A stretch of 53,677 bases of DNA from an uncultured Halobacteriales archaeon (GCA_964451065.1 CAYVGY010000003.1:1-53677), one strand, 5' to 3'; positions 8,532 through 17,125 are shown, counted from the first letter of the stretch. Made by a program: numbers and translations. The notes: generated by a model not told the origin, from the letters alone.

Positions 8532-8559
8532 GGGGCGGGATGGGCCCCCATCCCGCCCC
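8532..8559 (+). repeat. perfect 13-bp inverted repeat (GC hairpin) after 7729..8478
   Basis: GGGGCGGGATGGG-CC-CCCATCCCGCCCC, read directly, lying 54 nt after the stop. There is no oligo-T tract, so a terminator role is uncertain. Confidence 0.35.
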
Positions 8560-8640
8560 ACCCGGGACTTCCCCCCTCCCCAAGAAACGACGAGGTGAAA
8601 CCGCACGCGAGCCTGGCTGGCATCGTTCGCCCTCACCGTC

Positions 8641-11568
8641 GTGCTGACGTCCGGCGCGCCGGTGGGCGCCATGCACGAACCGCCCACGACGCCGGCGCCC
8701 CTGGCGGCGACCATCGCGCAAGGGGAAGGAGCCGGACCGTCGGCCGGGGCGTTCCTCACGGGCAGCCTCGAGGGCGTCGCGGGGGCCGCGGCGGCCGTCG
8801 CCTACAACCTCACGGTCTTCCAGCGCGTCGACAACGCGACGATCGAGCGGACCGCGATGAGCATCCTCACGGGAGGCGTCGCGCAAGCGCCCGAGGCGAC
8901 CGGCCGCCTCTTCACCATCGCCGGATGGTGGACCAACTTCGGCGCCACGGCGGTCGCCGGGATCCGCGACTACGCGGCTACCCAGGTCGCCGTCTGGGCC
9001 GCCCAGAGCGCCCCCAACGACCGCGTCGTCTCGCTCTGGCCCGTCACGTCGCCCGTGCCGTCCGTCCTTCCCGACCAGCCGCCGATCCTCACCCAAGGAC
9101 CCGCCCCCGTCGCGCACGTCCAACGTGGATGGTACGCGTTCCAGGTCCAGATCCTCGACAACGTCGGGACGCCCGTCGCGTGGTCCACGTTCGACCTCGA
9201 CGTCTTCGGCCTCGAAGCCCTGCCCGGTCATGGCCAAGCGGACGTCCCGGGCGCCGGCTCCTACACGCCACCCGTCCGCTCCACTCACCTCCTCTACTCG
9301 ACGCACGTCGGGGGGCCAACCAGCGCCTCCAACGGGACCCGCCTCGACCCCGGCGCCTGCGCCGCGCAAGTAGGCTGCGCCGTCGTCCACCTTCCCGCCT
9401 CGGCTCTCCGCCTCCAACGCCTCTACGCCGGCGCCCCGGTCCTCGTGCGCGTCCGGCTCACCGACGACCTGGTCGGCTGGCACAGCGCCCTGGCCGACCT
9501 CGCCACCCAAGCCGCCGCCACGGCACCCATCACGCCCGACGACGTGCACCGCCTGCGCGCCATCGCGGACCAACTCGACCAGTTCCCCACCCCCGTGATC
9601 CTCGCCGGCCCCAAGGATGCCACCTCGGAGGACCCCGACCTCGATGCGTGGCCCACGACGGCGGAACTCGCCTGGAACAGCGACCCCTTCGACTACCTCT
9701 CCCGGCCCGGGTCCGACGACGACGCCGACGGACACGCCAACTTCGCCGAGACCTCGCGGGCGCGCGCCGCGGGCTGGCCCGACGACGTTCCCGAATCCGC
9801 CCCCGCCCAAGACGCCGTCCCCGTCCCCTTCGTCGGCCGCACCATCCTGGTGAACGAACAGGCGCCCGCCGCCTCCGACGTCCCCACGTCCGAGGTCGAA
9901 CGATTGCAGGCGCTTCCTGTCCTCGCGGCCGCGGTGGCCGCGGGACCCGGAGCCTTCACGCTGCAGGGCCTTACCCTGCGCAACGTCGCCCCGCGGCCCC
10001 TCGAGGCGGGAACCCCAACCGGCCTTCAACGGCTCGATCTCTTCCGCACCGACACCCCCGCCCCGACGCTTCTGGCGACCTGGGGCTTTACCGCCCCCTC
10101 CTGGCGGCTCGACGACGCGCCGGCCGGAGTCAGCCTCGACTGCGGCGTCTGCGACGCCAAGACCACGACGTGGACCCTGGCCGGGCTCCAAGAGCCGGGG
10201 GAAGGCAACATCCCGCTCCTCGCCGTGGCCCAGGTTTCGCCGCGGGGAACCGAACCGGACACGTACGACAGCGCGGGCTTCCAGGCGGAGCTCGACCCCG
10301 CCGAGACCATCGTCGCCCTGGAAGCCACGGACCAGGCCGTCGAGGCCGTGGGGCCGGCCCAGCGCGCCCCTCTCCAACGCCTCGACGTGCGCGCCGGCAA
10401 ACTCGTCCTCACTTCTGCGTCGGCGACCGGACTCGTGGCCGGCCGACCCTTCGCCCTCGACATCTGCGCCCGCGACGCGTTCGCGAACCTCGACCGCGAC
10501 TATGGGGGCCCGACGCCGAGATTCCTCTGGGTCTCAGCGTCCGAGGGCGCCTCCCCTTCCCCGCGAGGCGATCCTCCCACGCCGGACCTGCGCGCCCCCG
10601 TTCTCCACCGAATCCAATCCGGCTGCGTTCAGGTCGGCGCCGACGTCGTGTCCGAGTCGCCCCGACCCGAGGGCCTCACGCTGTTCCGTGCCGGCGAGAA
10701 CGTTCGGATCGTCGCCGTCGACGCCACGACGGGGCTTCGCGGCGAATCGGCCCCCCCCATCGTCGCCCCGGCCGCCCCCGCGGTCCGCATCCTCCAGGAT
10801 CCGGCCCCGACCGGGCCCCGTCGGGCGGTGCCCGCCTCGGCCGACGCAGGACGCGTAACGCTGACCTTCGCCGTGGCGGACGCGTACGGGAACCGCGTGG
10901 GTGAGGGCGTGCCCGTGGTCGTCCAAGTCGGGCACCGTTCCACCACGCACTGGACGGATGCGGTGGGAGAGGCTCGGGCGGACATCGACACGGGTCGCGT
11001 CGCCGGGACCTCCCACGAGGTCGCCGCCACCTGCTTCGACGTTCCCCTCCTCCGCCAAGAGATCGTCGTCGTGGCCGGCGCCCCCGCCCGACTCCAGGCG
11101 GTCCCGGCCTCGCCCGAGGTTCGCCCCGGCGCGCATGTGGCCCTCCTGGCCAGGGCCTGGGACGCGCACGGCAACGTCGTTGGCCCCGTATCGGCCGAAT
11201 GGTCCATCGTCGCTGGCCAAGGTGACCTGGACCCTGGAAGAATCGAGTATCGTGCGCCTGCGACCAACACCACGGCCGTCGTGCGTGCCCGGTTGGGCGG
11301 CCTCACCTCGGACGCGACGATCCACATCGTGCCCGAAGCCACGGGGAGGACGTCCGCGATTGATGCGGGTCCGAACTGGCCCGCCGTCCCCCAGCCGCTC
11401 CTCCTGCTCCTGGCCCTCGTCGGCGCCGGGGCCGCTTTGGTGGCGAAGAAGGCCCGGGTGCTCGTCGTGATGGTGCATCCGACGAAGACCGAGATGAAAC
11501 TGGTCAAGGTCCGAACGGCGGACGAGATCCCCCGAATCGCGGCCGGTCCCGGACGGACGTCGCGCTAA
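8641..11568 (+). CDS. large cell-surface protein with Ig-like (Big_2-type) repeats and a C-terminal TM anchor
   Basis: The 975-aa ORF has a plausible composition. C-terminal blocks resemble bacterial Ig-like domains (e.g. LLARAWDAHGNVVGPVSAEWSIVAGQGDL...AVVRARLGGLTSDATIHIV), followed by the TM segment PQPLLLLLALVGAGAALVA plus a basic tail. The signal peptide is only complete if translation starts upstream of GTG 8641 (see findings). Confidence 0.7.
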   Translation: MLTSGAPVGAMHEPPTTPAPLAATIAQGEGAGPSAGAFLTGSLEGVAGAAAAVAYNLTVFQRVDNATIERTAMSILTGGVAQAPEATGRLFTIAGWWTNFGATAVAGIRDYAATQVAVWAAQSAPNDRVVSLWPVTSPVPSVLPDQPPILTQGPAPVAHVQRGWYAFQVQILDNVGTPVAWSTFDLDVFGLEALPGHGQADVPGAGSYTPPVRSTHLLYSTHVGGPTSASNGTRLDPGACAAQVGCAVVHLPASALRLQRLYAGAPVLVRVRLTDDLVGWHSALADLATQAAATAPITPDDVHRLRAIADQLDQFPTPVILAGPKDATSEDPDLDAWPTTAELAWNSDPFDYLSRPGSDDDADGHANFAETSRARAAGWPDDVPESAPAQDAVPVPFVGRTILVNEQAPAASDVPTSEVERLQALPVLAAAVAAGPGAFTLQGLTLRNVAPRPLEAGTPTGLQRLDLFRTDTPAPTLLATWGFTAPSWRLDDAPAGVSLDCGVCDAKTTTWTLAGLQEPGEGNIPLLAVAQVSPRGTEPDTYDSAGFQAELDPAETIVALEATDQAVEAVGPAQRAPLQRLDVRAGKLVLTSASATGLVAGRPFALDICARDAFANLDRDYGGPTPRFLWVSASEGASPSPRGDPPTPDLRAPVLHRIQSGCVQVGADVVSESPRPEGLTLFRAGENVRIVAVDATTGLRGESAPPIVAPAAPAVRILQDPAPTGPRRAVPASADAGRVTLTFAVADAYGNRVGEGVPVVVQVGHRSTTHWTDAVGEARADIDTGRVAGTSHEVAATCFDVPLLRQEIVVVAGAPARLQAVPASPEVRPGAHVALLARAWDAHGNVVGPVSAEWSIVAGQGDLDPGRIEYRAPATNTTAVVRARLGGLTSDATIHIVPEATGRTSAIDAGPNWPAVPQPLLLLLALVGAGAALVAKKARVLVVMVHPTKTEMKLVKVRTADEIPRIAAGPGRTSR

Positions 11569-11577
11569 CCGCGGCGA

Positions 11578-12441
11578 TCACCCGTAGGTGGCTTCGCCCT
11601 CGTCGGGGACGCGGTCGTCGCCGACCGCACCATGGGACGCATTCGAGGCCCCGACGTACGTTTCGACGTGGACCTGCAAGGGGAAGGCGACGCCCACTTG
11701 GGAGAGCGGGAGCCGGACCAGCATCGAGTTGCGCTCGTCATCGAGCGTGACGTCAGCGCCGTCCACGTCGGCGCCCGCCGCGTGGTTGTACACGCCGGTC
11801 TCGCCGTTGAGGCCGTACACCTCGAACCGGGTATCGTTGAGGACAAGGTTCACCATGGCGGCGCTCGCCAACGCGTACGAATCGTCGATCTCGGCCAGGT
11901 CCACCTGGACGAGGAGGCGTGCGCCGTTGACCGCGATGGCCACGCGGAGAATCTCGGTCTGGTCGAGCGCGCCGTCGTCGTCCGCGTCTGACAGCACGAG
12001 CGTGCCCTGGTCGGCGTTGGCATCCTGCACGATGAGGTTGATGGAGGCGTTGCCGCTGATGCCGCTCACGTCGCTCGTCACGGAGAGGACGGCCCGGAAG
12101 GTGCCGGGGGAGACGAACGTGTGGGTGGCCGAGACGCCGGACGCGGTGACCCCGTCGCCGAACTCCCAGGCGTAGGTGAGGTTGCCGCCTTCGGGGTCGA
12201 GCGAGTTGGACGCGTCGAAGGAGACCGCGTTCCCGGCACGGGCCGGGTTCGGGGTCGCGAAGAAGTCGGCCACGGGTTCCTCGAAGGTCTCGTTGGGACC
12301 GGGCGGGCCTCCGCCGCCGGTGCCGGTCTCGAGGGCGGTCTCGTCGTCGGCCGAGGCGTCGGAGCCGCCCAGGCAGCCGCTCGAGACCAACAAGGGAAGG
12401 AGGCCCCAAAGACGGGCGCGATGGAGGCCGTTCGCTCGCAT
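11578..12441 (-). CDS. lipobox lipoprotein with a PKD domain
   Basis: The internal ATG 12441 gives MRANGLHRARLWGLLPLLVSSGC (lipobox). The PKD signature is NLTYAWEFGDGVTASGVSATHTFVSPGTFRAVLSVTSD. Confidence 0.7.
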   Translation of the reverse strand: MRANGLHRARLWGLLPLLVSSGCLGGSDASADDETALETGTGGGGPPGPNETFEEPVADFFATPNPARAGNAVSFDASNSLDPEGGNLTYAWEFGDGVTASGVSATHTFVSPGTFRAVLSVTSDVSGISGNASINLIVQDANADQGTLVLSDADDDGALDQTEILRVAIAVNGARLLVQVDLAEIDDSYALASAAMVNLVLNDTRFEVYGLNGETGVYNHAAGADVDGADVTLDDERNSMLVRLPLSQVGVAFPLQVHVETYVGASNASHGAVGDDRVPDEGEATYG

Positions 12442-12520
12442 GGACGCGTTCGGCGTGCCCGGATGCGTATAAAGCCTTTCTCGATGCTTTATCACAATCC
12501 GTGTCCTGGCGGACCGCAAG

Positions 12521-13291
12521 ATGGGCCCCCGCGAGTTGGAGCGCCGGATCCAGCGGCTCGACCGCCAAGCGTTGCGCACCGCCAGCGTCCGCCACCCGCT
12601 CTACTTCCGGGTCGGCCTCGACCGGGCCCAAAAGGTCCTCGACGTCGGGTGCGGCAACGGCGCCGTGACGCGCGACTTGGCCCTATTGACACCCGGGGAC
12701 GTCGCCGCCGTCGACAACGACCCCGACATGGTGGCCACGGCGCGCGAGACCCTGGCACCGCTTGCCAACGTCCGCGTGGAGAAGGCCGACGCGCTCCAGC
12801 TTCCCTTCTCCGACCACTCGTTCGACCTCGTCGTCTGCCACCTGCTCCTCATGTGGGTCAAGGACCCCGTGATCGCCGTGCGCGAGATGGCGCGGGTCGC
12901 CAAGCCCGACGCCACCATCCTCGCCGCGATGGAGCATGATTACGGCGGCAAGATGCACTGGCCCGAGAACCCGGTCGTGGACCAAGTCTTCCAGGGCAAG
13001 ATGATTGAGCGAAAAGGAGGCGACGCCCACGCCGGCCGCAAGCTGCGCGAATGGTTCGTGCGTGCCGGGCTCCGCGCCGAGGTCGGCCTCAGCAATCCCC
13101 ACGTCCCCAGCTGCGAAGAGGACCTCGCCAGCTACGAAGTGGAGCGGGAGTTTTACCGGCGCGCTTTGCTCCAGAACGGGCTGAGTGAGACGCAGATTGA
13201 CGCGTGGGAGGCCGACTACGTCCAGAGCCTCCGCTCGGGCGTCCAGTTCAATTTCCTGCCGCTATTCTTCGCCGTGGGGACAAAGCGTTAA
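12521..13291 (+). CDS. class I SAM-dependent methyltransferase
   Basis: Motif I VLDVGCGNGAVT is followed by the acidic motif II/post-I pattern (AAVDNDPDMV, LPFSDHSFDLVVC). Confidence 0.8.
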   Translation: MGPRELERRIQRLDRQALRTASVRHPLYFRVGLDRAQKVLDVGCGNGAVTRDLALLTPGDVAAVDNDPDMVATARETLAPLANVRVEKADALQLPFSDHSFDLVVCHLLLMWVKDPVIAVREMARVAKPDATILAAMEHDYGGKMHWPENPVVDQVFQGKMIERKGGDAHAGRKLREWFVRAGLRAEVGLSNPHVPSCEEDLASYEVEREFYRRALLQNGLSETQIDAWEADYVQSLRSGVQFNFLPLFFAVGTKR

Positions 13292-13315
13292 ACGGGTCGC
13301 CCGCCTGGCCCCCTC

Positions 13316-13801
13316 GTGGGAATCCTCGGGACCGATGCCGACTGGGCCAGCGATGTCCTCATCCTCTCCGAGATCGTGATCAGCCTCCTCGTCCTCATCG
13401 GCGTCGTCTTCATCCGCCGCGACCGTCGCCGCGTGCGCCGCCACCGTGCCGTGATGCTGTGGGTGCTCGCGCTCAACGCCTTCTTCCTCTCGGGCTTCCT
13501 CGTCCAGGACATCGTGCGCCAATCGAGCACCATCGAGCGGTCTGCCTTCGTCCAGGACAAGCCGTGGCTCTTCTGGTCCATGCTCGGCGTCCACCTCGCG
13601 ATTGCCATCTCCGCCATCGGCGTCGCCATCGCGTCCTGGCTGATTGCCCGAAAAGGCGTGGTCCAAGGCGAACATGGCATGGAGCTCCGGCCCGAGGTCA
13701 GGTCCCGTCACCGCCGCGTGAGCCGCTACTATCCTTGGCTGTGGGCGTCGACCTTGGTGACGGGTCTGCTTCTGTACAGCGTCCTGTACTTGGGCGGGTG
13801 A
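13316..13801 (+). CDS. DUF420 (CtaM-like) integral membrane protein
   Basis: It has four predicted TM helices. The C-terminal block RHRRVSRYYPWLWASTLVTGLLLYSVLY resembles the DUF420 signature as I recall it from memory. Confidence 0.55.
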   Translation: MGILGTDADWASDVLILSEIVISLLVLIGVVFIRRDRRRVRRHRAVMLWVLALNAFFLSGFLVQDIVRQSSTIERSAFVQDKPWLFWSMLGVHLAIAISAIGVAIASWLIARKGVVQGEHGMELRPEVRSRHRRVSRYYPWLWASTLVTGLLLYSVLYLGG

Positions 13802-13877
13802 TTCTGCACCCGCGGAATCTTTTCGCAGGCCACCTCCCCACGTCACCTTCTTATCGACCAACGACCGCTCTGATGAC

Positions 13878-14105
13878 GTGACTCAGACGGTATCGCTCTC
13901 CGACGAAGCCTACGACGCGTTGATGGGACTTCGCCGTCCAGGAGATTCCCTCTCTCGGGTGGTCTTGAGCCTGGCCATTCGGGAACGACGACGACGCATC
14001 GCTGCCTTGCTGGGATCCTGGAAGATGACCGCCCGGGAGGAAGCCGCCTTCATCCGTGGCCTCTACGAGCGTCGTCGTTCTCGGATTAGACCCAAGGGCC
14101 CATGA
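13878..14105 (+). CDS. VapB-like (DUF217-type) antitoxin-like small protein, no adjacent toxin
   Basis: MTQTVSLSDEAYDALMGLRRPGDSLSRVVLSLAI matches the archaeal VapB antitoxin N-terminal pattern (T-I/V-x-L/V-S-D-E-x-Y-x-x-L ... S-F/L-S-x-V-I/V). GTG start. Confidence 0.5.
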   Translation: MTQTVSLSDEAYDALMGLRRPGDSLSRVVLSLAIRERRRRIAALLGSWKMTAREEAAFIRGLYERRRSRIRPKGP

Positions 14106-14162
14106 GGGCCGCCGCGTCTGACTCCCAAATCTTCTAATCGGAGCCGGGCCTGCCGTGGCCCA

Positions 14163-15239
14163 ATGGACGCCGCGGCCCGCCTCGCACTCCTGACCCAGAA
14201 CGCGGCCGAGGTCGTCACCGCGGGGGAGGCGCAGACGCTCGCCGCGGACCTCGCCGGCGGCCAAGTGCGTAGGGGCTACATCGGGTTCGAACCCAGCGGC
14301 CGCGTCCACCTCGGCTGGAAGGTGACGGCGGACAAGATCATCGACTGCGTCGGCGCCGGCCTCCAGATGAAGATCCTCCTGGCCGACTGGCACGCGCAGA
14401 TCAACGACAAGCTCGGCGGCGACCTCGAAAAAATCCAAGCGTGCGGCGACTACATGCGCCACTGCTTCACGGCGCTGGGCGTCCCCACGGACCAGGTGGA
14501 GTTCGTCTACGCGAGCGACTACGTGAACGACCCCGAGTACTGGGCCACCGTGATCGGCGTCATGAAGCACACGACGTTGGCCCGGATACGGCGCGCCATG
14601 GACATCATGGGTCGTTCGGCGGAAGACGCCGAGAAGGACATGAGCAAGTTCCTCTACCCCGCCATGCAGGTGGCCGACATCTACCACTTCGGCCTCGACC
14701 TCGCGTACGGCGGCCTCGACCAGCGCCACGCGCACATGCTCTGCCGCGACGTGGCCCACAAGCTGGGAAAGAAGGTCCCGGTCGCGGTCCACACGCCGTT
14801 GGTTCCTTCGCTCCAGGCGCAGGGCCGGATGGACCCCATCGAGGCCAAGATGAGCAAGTCGGACCCCAAGAGCGGCATCCTCATCCACGACACCAAGGAA
14901 GAGGTGGAGAAGAAGATCGGCGCCGCGGTCTGTCCGCAAGGCCAACGGGAAGGCAACCCCATCCTGGACCTTGTGGACCTCATCGTGTTCCGGGGTCTAC
15001 TCCAGCGGGGAACGCCGCGGCCATTCGTCGTGGAGCGGCCTGAGAAATTCGGCGGACGCGTGGAGTTCGCGACGTTCCCGGACCTCGAACGGTCGTTCGT
15101 GGCGGGCAAGCTCCATCCCGCCGACCTCAAGAAAGGCACGGCGGCCTACGTGAACGAAATCCTGGAAGGCGTCCGCTCCTATTTCCAGAAGCGGCCGCAG
15201 CCGCTCGAGAGGATGCGCGAGATCGTCGCGACGCGGTGA
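14163..15239 (+). CDS. tyrS: tyrosyl-tRNA synthetase (archaeal type)
   Basis: Motifs present: GFEPSGRVHLG (HIGH-like), ADWHAQINDKLGGDLEKIQ, YPAMQVADI, KMSKS, RPEKFGGRVEF...GKLHPADLK. Confidence 0.95.
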   Translation: MDAAARLALLTQNAAEVVTAGEAQTLAADLAGGQVRRGYIGFEPSGRVHLGWKVTADKIIDCVGAGLQMKILLADWHAQINDKLGGDLEKIQACGDYMRHCFTALGVPTDQVEFVYASDYVNDPEYWATVIGVMKHTTLARIRRAMDIMGRSAEDAEKDMSKFLYPAMQVADIYHFGLDLAYGGLDQRHAHMLCRDVAHKLGKKVPVAVHTPLVPSLQAQGRMDPIEAKMSKSDPKSGILIHDTKEEVEKKIGAAVCPQGQREGNPILDLVDLIVFRGLLQRGTPRPFVVERPEKFGGRVEFATFPDLERSFVAGKLHPADLKKGTAAYVNEILEGVRSYFQKRPQPLERMREIVATR

Positions 15240-15290
15240 CGGGCCGTCGACGAGTTTAAGACCGAAGGGACCTTCGGCGCCGAGCCAAAC

Positions 15291-15363
15291 GGGTCCGTGG
15301 GCTAGCTTGGTATACTTCATGGTTCGGGACCATGAGACCCCGGTTCAAATCCGGGCGGACCCA
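15291..15363 (+). tRNA. tRNA-Pro (anticodon CGG)
   Basis: Folded by hand. The acceptor stem is GGGTCCG/CGGACCC with A73. The anticodon stem is CATGG/CCATG with loop TT-CGG-GA. The T arm is CCCGG-TTCAAAT-CCGGG. The D stem is weak (one mismatch). CCA is not encoded. Confidence 0.85.
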
Positions 15364-15591
15364 TCCCTCTACCGCACCGCTTCGATCCAAGCAAGACGCG
15401 TGAATGGACACCCTCGGCGCGTGAATCGCCCCAGCTCAGCTTCCCGCCACGTGCCGCTCCCCGGCCTCGCGGAGGCATGGGACCGACTTGGTTACGCATC
15501 CCGTCGGCCGCGGAGGCTCCAGCGACAACGCCAGCGTCCCGACCACGGCAATCCTTCAGCCATCGCGCGGCGGCGCCGACGCGCACCGGCC

Positions 15592-15930
15592 TCAGTCGCG
15601 CAAGATTCGGTCCAGTTGCTGGAGGAGCGTCGGAAGGTCGTCGGTGAGGGTCGCCCAGAGGACGTCCAGGTCGACGTCGTCGTAGCCGTGGATGAGGCGG
15701 TGGCGCATTCCGACGATGTCGGCCCAGGGCAGGGATGGATAGCGGGCCTGCACCTGCTTGGGCACTCGGCCCCCTGCTTCGCCAACTATCTCGATGAGGC
15801 GGCAGAGGGCGAGCATCAAGACACGGTCTTCATCGAGGTGGCGGCGCCGACGCCGCGCCACGAGGTCGACGGCCTCGGCCGCGTGGTCGCGCATTTGGCG
15901 GAGCGCGACGAGCGGGTCACGCGGGGGCAT
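15592..15930 (-). CDS. hepT: HepT (DUF86/HEPN) toxin RNase
   Basis: The Rx4HxY motif is present as RHRLIHGY. The protein is 112 aa and its gene overlaps the upstream mntA by 14 nt. Confidence 0.85.
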   Translation of the reverse strand: MPPRDPLVALRQMRDHAAEAVDLVARRRRRHLDEDRVLMLALCRLIEIVGEAGGRVPKQVQARYPSLPWADIVGMRHRLIHGYDDVDLDVLWATLTDDLPTLLQQLDRILRD

Positions 15931-16366
15931 GAATCTCGAGGGCCTCCGCCAGGACGCGGTCTCGGATGTGCTTGCTCAAGGACGCGGCGGTCTGCAAATC
16001 CACGGAAACGCCTAGCATCTGGGATAACTCGCGCTGCAGGGAGCCCAGGCCGAGTAGGCCGGGCGTCTTGCCGGGCTCGAATGCGACGAGGAGGTCCAGG
16101 TCGCTCTCGCGCTGGGCGTCCCCATGGATGGCGGAACCGAAGACGGACAGGGATCGAATGCCGTGACGTTTTGCGAAACGGGCAAGCTCGCCCCGTTTTA
16201 GCGCGAGCGAGCGCAGAAGTTGGTCGCTGGCCTTGCGGGCCTTGAGTTCATCGTGCTCCGCCACCAGGACGTTGAGGACGGCATCGAGGCTCGCGAGCCC
16301 GAGTTCCCGCTTCGCCTTCTCGAGCCGGTCGCGGGTGGATTCCTGGACGCCAATCGAAGTCGTCAT
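15917..16366 (-). CDS. mntA: MntA nucleotidyltransferase antitoxin with an N-terminal VapB-like extension
   Basis: The GSx10DxD motif is present as GSAIHGDAQRESDLD. The first ~45 aa (MTTSIGVQESTRDRLEKAKRELGLASLDAVLNVLV) lie outside the NTase core and resemble the 13878..14105 product. Confidence 0.85.
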   Translation of the reverse strand: MTTSIGVQESTRDRLEKAKRELGLASLDAVLNVLVAEHDELKARKASDQLLRSLALKRGELARFAKRHGIRSLSVFGSAIHGDAQRESDLDLLVAFEPGKTPGLLGLGSLQRELSQMLGVSVDLQTAASLSKHIRDRVLAEALEIHAPA

Positions 16367-16372
16367 CCCGGT

Positions 16373-16396
16373 AATTATGAAATTATGAAATTATAA
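16373..16396 (-). promoter_or_regulatory. AT-rich triple octamer (AATTATGA AATTATGA AATTATAA): TATA box plus candidate operator of mntA-hepT
   Basis: Read directly. On the minus strand TTATAATT ends 22 nt upstream of ATG 16366, and the two TCATAATT copies fill the space between the box and the start. Confidence 0.45.
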
Positions 16397-16405
16397 ATAT
16401 TTCCG

Positions 16406-17044
16406 TCAGCGATACCAGAACCCGACGACGTCCTTGGATGGGCCCGTATTGAGCGCCTCGTACGAGACGTTGAGGACGCGGATGTCCAGCCGGCCGTGCT
16501 CGGGTGCGTCTCGGGCGAACCGGTCGGCGACCGGCTGCGTGACGGTCACCTCGTACACGCACGGAGCCGCCTGGTCCCACGCCATGGGCGCTTCGGTCGC
16601 GTTGGCGGACCCCACGACCACGTTGGTTGCATCCCCCACCGCGCGCCGCCAATCCTCGTCCAGGTAGATGCGGGCGGTGACGTCGGGCTCGTTGATGCGC
16701 ACGATTAGGCTCGTCTCGAGGACGCCATCGAGCGGTTGGATCACGTTGCGCGCCGCCATGATGGTCCGGCCGCCCTCGGAGTAGTCGCGCACGAACGGCT
16801 TCCCGTGGTAGATTCCGTCCACCATGAACGAGTGGGCGTGGTCGGCCGAGTCGTAGACGATGCGGCCGTCACCTTCGGCACGGCCGTTGGGGTCAAAGGA
16901 ACCCTGGTCGATGGCGAACGGCGCGGCCCGCTCGGACGAGCACCCGCCAGATTCCGTCGGGGCCGTGCACCCCGCCAGGACCGATGCGGCGAACACGCCC
17001 GCCAGGAAGAGTCGGACTTGGAGCGACGTTGGCGGCGTTGACAC
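16406..17044 (-). CDS. lipobox lipoprotein (212 aa)
   Basis: MSTPPTSLQVRLFLAGVFAASVLAGC (lipobox); the mature part is otherwise unrecognised. Confidence 0.6.
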   Translation of the reverse strand: MSTPPTSLQVRLFLAGVFAASVLAGCTAPTESGGCSSERAAPFAIDQGSFDPNGRAEGDGRIVYDSADHAHSFMVDGIYHGKPFVRDYSEGGRTIMAARNVIQPLDGVLETSLIVRINEPDVTARIYLDEDWRRAVGDATNVVVGSANATEAPMAWDQAAPCVYEVTVTQPVADRFARDAPEHGRLDIRVLNVSYEALNTGPSKDVVGFWYR

Positions 17045-17125
17045 GGGCTCGGCTGGCCAGTCGTCGGCGCCATATAGACGAATCGGGGCGCGCCGTCGCC
17101 GGGAGGCCGGCGGACGGTTCCATCC

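Noticed and set aside
8071-10904. 768-aa (minus) and 835-aa (plus) ORFs overlapping the large surface protein gene
   Set aside because: Both have Gly/Arg/Pro-dominated low-complexity translations. The 8641..11568 frame has a normal composition, Ig-like repeats and a TM anchor.
13851-14945. 364-aa minus-strand ORF
   Set aside because: It is antisense to tyrS, whose plus-strand frame carries the HIGH-like and KMSKS motifs.
15364-16405. Possibility that the HepT/MntA pair is part of an element integrated at tRNA-Pro
   Set aside because: There is no integrase or recombinase ORF, and I found no direct repeat of the tRNA 3' end downstream. Only proximity supports the idea.
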